DNA from: Nitrospirota bacterium
GTDB taxonomy: Bacteria; Nitrospirota; Nitrospiria; Nitrospirales; NS-4
NCBI GenBank assembly: GCA_963788195.1
Contig: CAWBGA010000013.1
Span: 1-64,000 of the forward strand
Direction: 5' to 3'
DNA length: 64,000 bases
Below are positions 1 to 8,723 of this stretch, one piece after another. How positions within the stretch are numbered: the stretch's first letter is position 1; every line of letters starts with the position of its first letter. The notes under the pieces were generated by a model. It saw nothing but the letters and a program-made list of their open reading frames with translations, was not told the origin of the DNA and searched no databases. Position numbers and translations under genes: made by a program.

Positions 1-1966
1 CTATGACGAGCAGAGTCTCGTCCGGCTGGACGTCGTCACCCTCTTTTACGTATACGGATTTCACGGTGCCCGCGATCGGGGCGTGCACTTGATTTTCCAT
101 TTTCATCGCTTCCACGATGAGGACCAGGTCATTCTTCTTCACCACTTGGCCTTCGGTTGCCGCTACTCTGACGACTCTTCCGGGCATCGGTGTGGCGACA
201 TCCCCGGGTGCTTTGGGCTTTGGCCGTCGGGGGGTTGTTCGACCTCCGGCATCGGGCGCTTCGGGCGCGCCGGTCAGCACCTCGACCAACGGTTCCAGGT
301 GAACTTCCTCGAGACGGTCATTGACTTTGATGTAGTAGGGCTTGCTGCCGTCCGCTTTCCGGCCGGAGCCTGATACTTTTATGTGATAGCTCTCGCCATG
401 AACAGTAACCTTGAACTCCAGCGGTGCCAGCTTCAACTCGTGTGCCGCGGCTGGCCCTTTAGTCGGAAGCGGCGCCAATGGCTCTGGTTTGAGATCGCCG
501 CGTGCACGTTCTTCGAAGAAATCATTGGCCACGCTGGGAAACATCGCAAAAGACAGGAGGTCTTCCTGACTGTGCGCCTTGTCACCAGCGTCCCTCTGAG
601 CCTTTGGCATCTCAGGCTCCAACAGGTCGGCGGGCCGCACATCGATCACACGTTCGTTGCCCAGTGCCCGCCGGCGGATGGTCTCGTCGACGGGCCCCGG
701 CGGTCTACCATAGAGTCCCTTCAGATAGTGCCGGGTTTCGGTGGTGATGACTTTATAGCGCTCTCCAGTGAGGACATTCAACGTCGCCTGGGTGCCTACG
801 ATTTGACTCGACGGTGTGACCAATGGAGGATACCCAAAATCCTTTCGGACCTGCGGAACTTCCTGGAGGACTGATTTAATCTGGTGCAGCGCGTTCTGCT
901 CGGCGAGTTGGGCGGCGAGGTTCGAGAGCATGCCGCCGGGAATCTGGGAAATCAGAATTTCGCAGTCGATCCCGGCGAAATCGCTTTCAAACTGATGATA
1001 TCTTTTTCTAGCCGTCCGTAATTCTTCGGCGATGGCCGGGAAAATGTTGAGGTCCAACCGGGTATCGTACGGGGTGCCGCCCAGCATCGCCACGAAACTT
1101 TCGGTCGGTGGGTGGGAAGTACCGCCGGACAGAGGCGACAGCGCCGTGTCCAGCATGTCGAGCCCGCCCAGCACCGCCATCAGGGCGCTGCACGAAGCCA
1201 TGCCAGACGTATAGTGGGTATGAAGATGGATCGGCGTACGCACGGCAGCCTTGAGCCCGCGCACAAGATCATACGCGGCCATGGGCGCTAGGAGCCCTGC
1301 CATGTCCTTGATGCACAACGTATCGGTGCCGAGGTCTTCCAGGCGCTTGGCAATCTCGATGAATCGCTTGAGCGTATGCACGGGGCTCGTGGTGTAACAG
1401 ATAGAGGCCTCGAGGTGTTTGCCGGCGCGGCGCACTGCGGCCATCGACGTTTCCATATTTCGGATATCGTTCAACGCATCGAACACTCTGAACACATCCA
1501 CGCCGTTGGTCGCCGCGCGCTCGACGAAGGCATTGACGACATCATCAGGGTAATGCCGATAGCCAACAAGATTCTGCCCCCGCAGCAGCATTTGCAGACG
1601 GGTATGGGGCATGGCGCGCTTAAGCGCGCGAAGGCGCTCCCATGGATCTTCTTTCAGGAAACGCAGAGAAGTGTCGAAAGTGGCCCCTCCCCAGGCCTCG
1701 AGCGACCAATAGCCGACCTTGTCCAATCGTTCGGCGACGGGCAGGAGATCTTCTGTTCTCATCCGCGTGGCGAGCAGCGATTGATGCCCGTCTCGCAGTG
1801 CCACATCTGTCAACAATAGCTGCTTGGCCGGCGCCGGCTCGAATTCGGGCATGGCGGATTTGGACGTCCTTTCGGTCTTCCGGGGGGCGAGCCGCGGCGC
1901 CGGTGCAGATCCCTTGGAGCTTGCCTTGGCTTTAGACAGGGGCTTATTCGGCCGAGATTTTTTCAT
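1..1966 (-). CDS. pycB: Pyruvate (or 2-oxoglutarate) carboxylase subunit B: carboxyltransferase plus biotin carrier; runs off the window edge
   Basis: Manual translation from ATG 1966 gives LRDGHQSLLATRMRT, EAWGGATFD, HLHTH and the C-terminal biotinylation motif EAMKMEN. It abuts the stop of the biotin carboxylase gene. Absent from the ORF track because it has no stop in the window. Confidence 0.88.
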   Translation of the reverse strand, partial: MKKSRPNKPLSKAKASSKGSAPAPRLAPRKTERTSKSAMPEFEPAPAKQLLLTDVALRDGHQSLLATRMRTEDLLPVAERLDKVGYWSLEAWGGATFDTSLRFLKEDPWERLRALKRAMPHTRLQMLLRGQNLVGYRHYPDDVVNAFVERAATNGVDVFRVFDALNDIRNMETSMAAVRRAGKHLEASICYTTSPVHTLKRFIEIAKRLEDLGTDTLCIKDMAGLLAPMAAYDLVRGLKAAVRTPIHLHTHYTSGMASCSALMAVLGGLDMLDTALSPLSGGTSHPPTESFVAMLGGTPYDTRLDLNIFPAIAEELRTARKRYHQFESDFAGIDCEILISQIPGGMLSNLAAQLAEQNALHQIKSVLQEVPQVRKDFGYPPLVTPSSQIVGTQATLNVLTGERYKVITTETRHYLKGLYGRPPGPVDETIRRRALGNERVIDVRPADLLEPEMPKAQRDAGDKAHSQEDLLSFAMFPSVANDFFEERARGDLKPEPLAPLPTKGPAAAHELKLAPLEFKVTVHGESYHIKVSGSGRKADGSKPYYIKVNDRLEEVHLEPLVEVLTGAPEAPDAGGRTTPRRPKPKAPGDVATPMPGRVVRVAATEGQVVKKNDLVLIVEAMKMENQVHAPIAGTVKSVYVKEGDDVQPDETLLVI

Positions 1967-3385
1967 CTACAGTCCTTCATACGCCACGATGGCCGCGGAA
2001 ATCGCAAGGACGAGGTCTTCGGGATCGATTGACTCCTCATAATTGAAAAGGTCGGGATGAGTGTCCAGATAACTTGTGTCAAATCGTCCTGCCTGAAAAT
2101 CTGGTTCTTCCATGATTCGCAACATGAAAGGGATTGTCGTCTTAATGCCTCGCAGCACGTACTCCTCGAGGGAGCGATGCGCTCGGCTCACCGTTTCCTC
2201 CCACGTTCGGCCGCGGACCACAAGCTTAGCGAGGAGCGCGTCATAGTATGGCGGCAACGTGTAATCCTTGTACACCGCGCCATCGATCCGGACCCCGATG
2301 CCGCCCGGCGAATAATAGGCTGTCACGGTGCCCGTACAGGGACGAAATTGATTCCGAGGATCTTCGGCGTTGATGCGGCACTGAATGGCATGGCCTTGGA
2401 GCGTGACGTCTGCCTGGGAGATCTCCAGCGGTTGCCCGGCCGCGACGGTAATCTGCGACCGCACCAAATCGATGGCCGTGATCTGTTCGGTGATCGTGTG
2501 TTCCACCTGGATACGGGTGTTCATCTCGATGAAGTAGTACTGACGGTCACGGTCCAGGAGAAACTCGATGGTGCCGGCATTGTCATAGTTGACCGCCTTC
2601 GCAATGGCAATCGCCGCCTCTCCCATCTGCGCCCGTAACTCCTTCGTCAGGACAAGCGACGGGGCTATTTCGATCAATTTCTGATGGCGTCGTTGAATGG
2701 AGCAGTCGCGCTCGCCCAGATGAATGACGTGGCCATGCTTGTCGGCGAGGATTTGAAATTCAATATGGTGGGGCGCTTCGATATATTTCTCAAGAAACAC
2801 TTCTCCATTACCAAAGGCGGAGGCCGCCTCGCGCCGGGCTGATTCCATATGGGCGAGCAGGTCTTTGCCGGATTGGACCACTCGGAGCCCTCGGCCGCCG
2901 CCGCCCATGGAGGCCTTGACCATGATCGGGTAGCCCATGCGTTCGCCAAAGCGGACGGCCTCCGAGGGATCTGTGATGCCGCCTTCCGTGCCGGGGACAA
3001 TGGGTACGCCCGCCTGTTGGGCAATCTTACGGGCCTCCACTTTGTTTCCCATGCGGGCGATGGCCTGGGGAGAAGGCCCGATGAAGGTAATCCCCGATGC
3101 CTCGCAGAGACTGGCAAACTCGGCGTTTTCAGAAAGAAAACCGTAGCCAGGGTGAATGCCATCAGCGCCGGCTCGCTGTGCCAGATCTACAATGCCCTGC
3201 ATGTCCAGAAAGCCCTGAACAGGTCCTGGACCGATGAGATAGGACTCGTCGGCCTTCTTTACATAGATGGCGGTGGATTCGCACTCCGCATAGATGGCCA
3301 CGGTTCGGATCCCGAGTTCCCGGCAGGCCCGGATGATCCGCATGGCGATTTCGCCCCGATTTGCAATGAGAATTTTCTTGAACAT
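1967..3385 (-). CDS. pycA: Biotin carboxylase (pyruvate carboxylase subunit A type)
   Basis: MFKKILIANRGEIA, HPGYGFLSEN, GGGGRG, ERDCSIQRRHQK, EMNTRIQVEH motifs. Confidence 0.9.
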   Translation of the reverse strand: MFKKILIANRGEIAMRIIRACRELGIRTVAIYAECESTAIYVKKADESYLIGPGPVQGFLDMQGIVDLAQRAGADGIHPGYGFLSENAEFASLCEASGITFIGPSPQAIARMGNKVEARKIAQQAGVPIVPGTEGGITDPSEAVRFGERMGYPIMVKASMGGGGRGLRVVQSGKDLLAHMESARREAASAFGNGEVFLEKYIEAPHHIEFQILADKHGHVIHLGERDCSIQRRHQKLIEIAPSLVLTKELRAQMGEAAIAIAKAVNYDNAGTIEFLLDRDRQYYFIEMNTRIQVEHTITEQITAIDLVRSQITVAAGQPLEISQADVTLQGHAIQCRINAEDPRNQFRPCTGTVTAYYSPGGIGVRIDGAVYKDYTLPPYYDALLAKLVVRGRTWEETVSRAHRSLEEYVLRGIKTTIPFMLRIMEEPDFQAGRFDTSYLDTHPDLFNYEESIDPEDLVLAISAAIVAYEGL

Positions 3386-3577
3386 GCGGGACACTCACAA
3401 AACGGCGCCAAGGGTAGCATAGGGTTTGCGGCAAGTCGAGCAGGTGACCGAGCAATGCATCACTCTGGTCTTATGGAATGGAGTCGGGAAGCTGAACGGA
3501 GACAGGTCAGTCTAACTAGCTTCCAGGCGCTGCCGCACACAGAGAGGAGTCGTCACGCGTCATTCGATCACAGGGCA

Positions 3578-4216
3578 TTACTTGGATGACCCAGGATCTT
3601 TTGCTGAGCTCCCATCCTTTGCCGAGCTGCCGCCTTTTACCGAGCCCTGGTCTTTTGCTGAGCCCTGGTCTTTGGCCGAGCCCTGGTCTTTGGCCGAGCC
3701 CTGGTCTTTTGCTGAGCCCTGGTCTTTTGCCGAGCTGCTGTCTTTTGTCGCGCTGCTCTCATTGGCGGAGGCCCCATCTTTTGCCTGAATCAGCAGGATT
3801 TGCTGTGCACTGCCCCCGACAGTGACAATATTCACTGGAGATAAGCCTGGTTTTAGCTCAGGCACGACTGCCTCAACGGTGCCCTCATCGATGTACTTGA
3901 ATGCGTTATTCTCGGATCGGGTTCCACCTCGGCTGCCGAAAGACACATCCTGCAAGCATTCCTTGCTTTGAAAATTCTCACCCTTGATGGTGATTTTCTC
4001 CCCTGGCTTGACAGGGTCCGGCGTCACCTTCGTGATCTTCGGTCGGAGGTGGGTCTCGCAGTTCGCCGCTTTTTCAACCTTGTCGCCGGGTCCCCCGACG
4101 GACGGAACATCATACGCTCCGGAGCCCAGCCCCGGAATATTCACATCCGCACTAACGAGTGCAGGTACATACAGAAATAAAACGAGCATGCCAAGGAACG
4201 CCGTGACCTTAGTCAT
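3578..4216 (-). CDS. Exported IPT/TIG-domain protein with C-terminal SAKDQG repeats
   Basis: N-terminal signal peptide; PKITKVTP..PGEKITIKGENF is IPT/TIG-like; low-complexity tail. Confidence 0.65.
   Translation of the reverse strand: MTKVTAFLGMLVLFLYVPALVSADVNIPGLGSGAYDVPSVGGPGDKVEKAANCETHLRPKITKVTPDPVKPGEKITIKGENFQSKECLQDVSFGSRGGTRSENNAFKYIDEGTVEAVVPELKPGLSPVNIVTVGGSAQQILLIQAKDGASANESSATKDSSSAKDQGSAKDQGSAKDQGSAKDQGSAKDQGSVKGGSSAKDGSSAKDPGSSK
3642..3731. repeat. 18-bp coding tandem repeat, 5 near-perfect copies plus degenerate flanks
   Basis: GAGCCCTGGTCTTT(T/G)GC(T/C) at 3642, 3660, 3678, 3696 and 3714. Confidence 0.95.
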
Positions 4217-4327
4217 TGTCGTATCCTTTCACTGATCTGAATTAAGAATGAATGCCGTTCTTGTCCTAGCGACGAGATGGTAACACTGGTTTTTCGAGGG
4301 GTCAACCCAGCAAATGTTGCATACGTT

Positions 4328-4603
4328 CTACGGCGTTGGCTCATAATCCCCACGCAGCCCGAAGGGGGGCGGCAGCTTAGTGGTTGTGTGCTCGATTCTC
4401 TGGATCGCTTGTTCGGCCTTGATATCCGAGGACCTTGGCTTGCGTGTGGGCCCTTTGATTGACGAGGCGAAGGAAGAGATTTTCCGGACCGACTTTTTCA
4501 CATAACAGTGAGGGCACTCTGTCTCCGCAGCAGTGAAGCTCATCGACTGCTGCTCCTCAAAATCTCGTCCGCAGCCTTCACAGTGGTATTCGTATATTGG
4601 CAT
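4328..4603 (-). CDS. FmdB-family zinc-ribbon regulatory protein
   Basis: MPIYEYHCEGCG...CPHC signature. Confidence 0.85.
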   Translation of the reverse strand: MPIYEYHCEGCGRDFEEQQSMSFTAAETECPHCYVKKSVRKISSFASSIKGPTRKPRSSDIKAEQAIQRIEHTTTKLPPPFGLRGDYEPTP

Positions 4604-4692
4604 TGCTCAGCTCCTTCTTTGCTCGACGCCCGAGTAAGGCTTTCTTCCTGATTTGTCTATTATAGGATGCGCGGCCACCGCAAATCCATCAG

Positions 4693-4721
4693 TTGACACG
4701 GGGCTGAGGCTTCTGTAGTGT
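4693..4721 (+). promoter_or_regulatory. Sigma70-type promoter
   Basis: TTGACA-17 bp-TAGTGT. Confidence 0.6.
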
Positions 4722-4782
4722 CCTTAACTATTCCAGGGCAAGATAGAGGCTAAAGCCCGTCAGGTGGACCCCTTGGGAGCCT

Positions 4783-5290
4783 AGGGGCACAGGAGTTTTT
4801 GTCGGGGGGCACCTCTTGCCTTCCCGTGCAAGGGGTCGAGTACTCCAAGGTGGGCGGGTGCAATAGGGCAAAGGGTATGTCCCACGGGACAAGCCCCCTT
4901 CCCATGGGAGAACAGCCTGCTTCAGGCTCGGGGCTACGGGACAAGGCGCTGTCCAGGGGCAAAGGAGTTTGTCCGGGGCACCCCTTGCCTTCCCGTGCAA
5001 GGGGTCGAGTACTCCAAGGGCTGGGCGGGTGCAATAGGGCAAAGGGTATGTCCCACGGGACAAGCCCCCTTCCCACGGGAGAACAGCCTGCTTCAGGCTC
5101 GGGGCTACGGGACAAGGCGCTGTCCAGGGGCAAAGGAGTTTGTCTTGGCAAACTCACAGGGCTGGGCGGGTGCAATGGCATCACCGGGGCGGGAGGGTGC
5201 GACGGGACAAGGCGCTGTCTTGGCAGCGCCGGGGCTGGCGGGTGGAATGTGGGTGCAATGCAAGCTCGGCTTGGCGGGCGGGTGTAATAG
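4783..5290 (+). repeat. Modular structured intergenic repeat: two tandem ~171-bp units plus further hairpin/G-rich modules
   Basis: Units start at 4783, 4955 and 5126 (partial). GGGCGGGTGCAA occurs at 4852, 5023 and 5164. Internal hairpins CCCCTTGC..GCAAGGGG and AGCCTG..CAGGCT. Confidence 0.92.
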
Positions 5291-5302
5291 TAGGAGGTTA
5301 AG

Positions 5303-5491
5303 ATGCCGTTATTGCTGAGAAAATTCAAGTTGCCCAATGGAGTGGTGCAACAGGAGCGGATTGATGATGAGGACCGAATCAATCGCTATATGCGGTTATT
5401 TGAAAAAGAAGATGTGAAGAAACTCGAAACCGGAAAGCCTGTCTGGATTGAAAAGGATGAGTGGCAACTCATCCCCGATGATCAACCCTGA
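5303..5491 (+). CDS. Small hypothetical protein
   Basis: AGGAGG RBS just upstream; 62 aa with natural-looking composition. Confidence 0.7.
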   Translation: MPLLLRKFKLPNGVVQQERIDDEDRINRYMRLFEKEDVKKLETGKPVWIEKDEWQLIPDDQP

Positions 5492-5499
5492 TCCACGTC

Positions 5500-5934
5500 G
5501 TGGCGCAGAAGTTCGCGAACAGCCGCTGGGTGAAGGACGGTTTTCTCGACAACCGGGTGGCAGGCCGAGTAGTAGGCCGAGTCACCTTTGCGGCGATCGG
5601 TCCCGTTGAGTTCTTTCTACACGGGGATTTCAAAGGCGAGATTCACGGCCGCCTCATTACCTTCCGCAATCCAGATTTCGTCGACGACGACTTAGCTGGG
5701 CAGGTTCTGGGGGATATTGAGATTCCTCAGACCGGCAACGTCAGCTTGATGTCTTTCGACCCTCACCCGAATCTAGCCCCCCACCCCTACTTCGAATGGT
5801 TCTCGGAACGGGAGAACCATTATCGCATTGAGTTGTCCGAGGGTGCCGCGCGTATCGCCGATCCCGACGAAGAGCAGGCGGTGAGTCCCGATATTGCCGC
5901 AATCACCAAACGACTTGTTTCCCCCGTCCACTAA
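5500..5934 (+). CDS. Hypothetical protein
   Basis: 144-aa ORF 8 bp after the previous gene, same strand. Confidence 0.7.
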   Translation: MAQKFANSRWVKDGFLDNRVAGRVVGRVTFAAIGPVEFFLHGDFKGEIHGRLITFRNPDFVDDDLAGQVLGDIEIPQTGNVSLMSFDPHPNLAPHPYFEWFSERENHYRIELSEGAARIADPDEEQAVSPDIAAITKRLVSPVH

Positions 5935-5996
5935 ATTCGCTCAGCAAAAAATCCTTGGGCAGAACGTCTCAGACTCGGCAGCTTTCGGAGGTGTCC

Positions 5997-6857
5997 TTAT
6001 AAATCGTTCTCATTGAGACAGCGCCCTAATCCCTCTCGTTCGGCAAAGAAGTAGGCATAGTGCAGGGCCGCGAGATTCGCGACACGTTCTTCTGCTTCTT
6101 CACGAGTATCCGCATGGATGATCTGGATACCATATCTCGCCGTAATGGCAGCAAGGAAATCCAGCAATCCATTTTTGTGATATTGACCTAAACGCCCCCC
6201 GGCGATGCTCTGTTGGATCGTGCCTTCGATGACAAGAAACCGATGGGGGAAGGCGAGGAGTCCTTCTAGCTCTCGCAGAAATCGTGAACGATTGTTGGAT
6301 GAATTCGAGACTGTCGTATAAAGATCCTCCACTGGCAGGCGCTCTACGCAGAATAGCTCTGGTGCTTCAGCAATAGCATAGTCGCCGGCTGGGAGGGCTT
6401 GTTGAATGGTCCCGGCTATTCGAACGAGGCCGTGAAACTCGTAGGGGAGTTGCTCATTACTGTCTACGAGCAGTTGAATGGCAGGCACGATAATTTTAGG
6501 TCGACCTTCCCGGGAGAGAGTAATGAGTGATTGGGGTCCTCGAAGCTCCTGGCGGGGGCGTGCGGTCGGTTGAGGGCGTGCCGGACGGGACGGGCGTGAG
6601 GGTTGGGTGACGGAGGAAGAGGGCTGTGTCGCGGCATTATATCGTGTGCGCGCGACGGGATCACTAAGGGTCTGATAGGCTTGGTTGATCAGTTGTGTTC
6701 GGGCTTCCGCTTTACGGTGCAGGGTTGGTGAATGGTTAAAGCGATCCGGATGCCAGACCTGCAGTTGTTCATGCCAGGCTTTTTTGATGTCAGCGTCCGT
6801 TGCGGTGGGTGATAATTCTAGCAACGCATAATAGTTGACCTTCCGCTCTTCCCGCAC
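5997..6857 (-). CDS. DnaJ J-domain / ERCC4(XPF-Mus81)-like nuclease domain fusion
   Basis: NYYALLEL..IKKAW..WHPD..INQAYQTLSD J-domain; Pro/Arg linker; VDSNEQ..GDY..VERLPVED ERCC4-like motifs; AAGGAG RBS. Confidence 0.75.
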   Translation of the reverse strand: MREERKVNYYALLELSPTATDADIKKAWHEQLQVWHPDRFNHSPTLHRKAEARTQLINQAYQTLSDPVARTRYNAATQPSSSVTQPSRPSRPARPQPTARPRQELRGPQSLITLSREGRPKIIVPAIQLLVDSNEQLPYEFHGLVRIAGTIQQALPAGDYAIAEAPELFCVERLPVEDLYTTVSNSSNNRSRFLRELEGLLAFPHRFLVIEGTIQQSIAGGRLGQYHKNGLLDFLAAITARYGIQIIHADTREEAEERVANLAALHYAYFFAEREGLGRCLNENDL

Positions 6858-7056
6858 GGCCGCTCCTTTCTAACGAAAGAAGTGTAACGGACTATAATTG
6901 GGAGATTCTACACCCTGTACCCGGCGTCCGCTCGTAGGTATATCTGCCTCGGAGGGCGAACCAGGCCAGCAGTGCGATCGCAGTGGCGGTGGGCGAGTGC
7001 CAAGCTGAAGAAGTAATACGCGTTTCAAAACACTCGGTCAGATTTTTCCGGTCTCT

Positions 7057-8469
7057 TCATCGCTTCTTCGATAGCCGCTCAATAGCCTGCTCCACAACCT
7101 CTTGTGAATTGCCCGGCTTCTGGACTTGCCGGTATGTTGCGAGCGCACGGGCATGCTCGCCCGCCCGTTCCTGAAACGTCGCTAACATAATCAGATATAG
7201 GTCACGCTTGTCTTCAGGAACCTTGTTTTCGGGAAATAACCAGATAAACGTGGCGAGGTGATCCGCGGGAGGCAAGGCGGACAGGAGCTGCTCGATGTCG
7301 CGGCGGTAGATGAGGCCCCAGAAATAGATATGCCAATAAACGCTCCAGAGTGACTCGCTGTCGGGATAAGTCATCGTCTCCTTGCTCGTGCGAATCTCGT
7401 TCGCCAACCGAACGAGTTCGTTGTCGCGCTCAGAATTGTGGAACCAGGCCAGAGCGTTGATCTGAAGTCGCCGTACATACTCCACTTCTCGTCCGGAGGC
7501 CAGCGCCTTGGTGAAATGCGCCTTGGCCTCACTCAACGTACTCTTGGACGAGCTGGCCGTGAGAAGGTGAAATCCCCACATGGCGTGGGCATAGACGTTT
7601 TCCGGATCCACTTTGAGCGCACGCTGATAGTGCTGCACTGGGTCGAGTCCTCCTGAACCTTCGCGCCGGCGCAGGAAATCGCCCCAGCCCATGTGAGCAA
7701 GGCAATCGCCGGCCCGCCTGGGTTCGTTCGAAATCGCGCAACGCGACAGAATGGGCTGGACCTTCTCCACGATGCCGGTGAATGTTTCCTTTCCTGAAAT
7801 CACGCTAATATTTTCCAGCCAATCCATCGCCGCGCGTTCTTGGGCGTAGGCGACGTCCCTGTTGCCCGGGGCGACTCCACTGGCCCGTGCGTACACGTCC
7901 CATGCTGCGGAATAGTTTCCGGACTGCCGCTGCAATTCGCCCTCCTTGAGCAAATCCGAGACTTCTTTAGCCGTCACCCAGTTCTGGTATCCCCACCAGA
8001 GCGCTACACCGCTCCCGATAAGCGCAACCAATATGAGGACCGCCGCTGACTGGCGCAGGAGACGCCGCCACCACGGCTTCGACAGCCAGGCGACCGCCGC
8101 TGCTACGGCCGCGGGGACATTTCCCTGCGGCTCCAGAATCGTGACGGCCTTGAGAAAAGGCGGGACGGAGCTAAGCTCGGTCTTCTTAACCATAACGGGC
8201 AGAACGAAGCCGGAGGGGCTGGGCCACTTCATTTCGGCAAACTCGAGCTCGGTAAGCGTGTAGCGACCTTTATCAACGGCCTCTGGGCTAATCAAGAAAA
8301 GAAAAAGATCGCTGTGTGCAATAGCATCTCTGATCTGATCGTTGTAGGACGCACCGGACTGCAGGACGGATCGGGCGAGGAAAACGGAGTGACCCTCACC
8401 ATGCAGCGCGATTTCGATGCTCCTTGCGACCTCATCCTGTTCGGAGGCGTGCGATAGGAAGATCTTCAT
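7057..8469 (-). CDS. TIR domain - transmembrane helix - TPR protein
   Basis: MKIFLSHAS..SDLFLFLISP..YTLTELEFA (TIR_2-like); hydrophobic helix AAVLILVALIGSGVALWW; TPR-like repeats such as YQRALKVDPENVYAH. Confidence 0.8.
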   Translation of the reverse strand: MKIFLSHASEQDEVARSIEIALHGEGHSVFLARSVLQSGASYNDQIRDAIAHSDLFLFLISPEAVDKGRYTLTELEFAEMKWPSPSGFVLPVMVKKTELSSVPPFLKAVTILEPQGNVPAAVAAAVAWLSKPWWRRLLRQSAAVLILVALIGSGVALWWGYQNWVTAKEVSDLLKEGELQRQSGNYSAAWDVYARASGVAPGNRDVAYAQERAAMDWLENISVISGKETFTGIVEKVQPILSRCAISNEPRRAGDCLAHMGWGDFLRRREGSGGLDPVQHYQRALKVDPENVYAHAMWGFHLLTASSSKSTLSEAKAHFTKALASGREVEYVRRLQINALAWFHNSERDNELVRLANEIRTSKETMTYPDSESLWSVYWHIYFWGLIYRRDIEQLLSALPPADHLATFIWLFPENKVPEDKRDLYLIMLATFQERAGEHARALATYRQVQKPGNSQEVVEQAIERLSKKR

Positions 8470-8723
8470 CCGTAGTTCCCTTTGGCGCGACCACAATCCG
8501 GCCCGGAATCGCCGGATAATAACATGACGCCAAGTGCATTGCTGATACTTCCAAACACGGCACCCAGCGTTGGCAAATCCGAGGGTGGGCCTTGACGATG
8601 TGAGAGGCCAATTGTCAGTCTGCGCGCAGTTTTCATTAGGTTGATATACCGTTTGTGTCGTATGATTCTATTAGGAATTCGGGACAGATTTATTATTGAA
8701 TTTCCATCCAATTCTCCGAACCC

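Noticed and set aside
3642..3731. 18-bp repeats as CRISPR or iterons
   Set aside because: Contiguous, in frame within a CDS, and varying only at synonymous positions.
4783..5290. CRISPR array
   Set aside because: Units are ~171 bp and nearly identical with no unique spacers; no cas genes in the window.
4728..5382. ORFs 4728..5063, 4750..5382, 4799..5287 and 4995..5318
   Set aside because: Translations of GC-rich repeats, with repetitive Pro/Gly-rich composition and no RBS.
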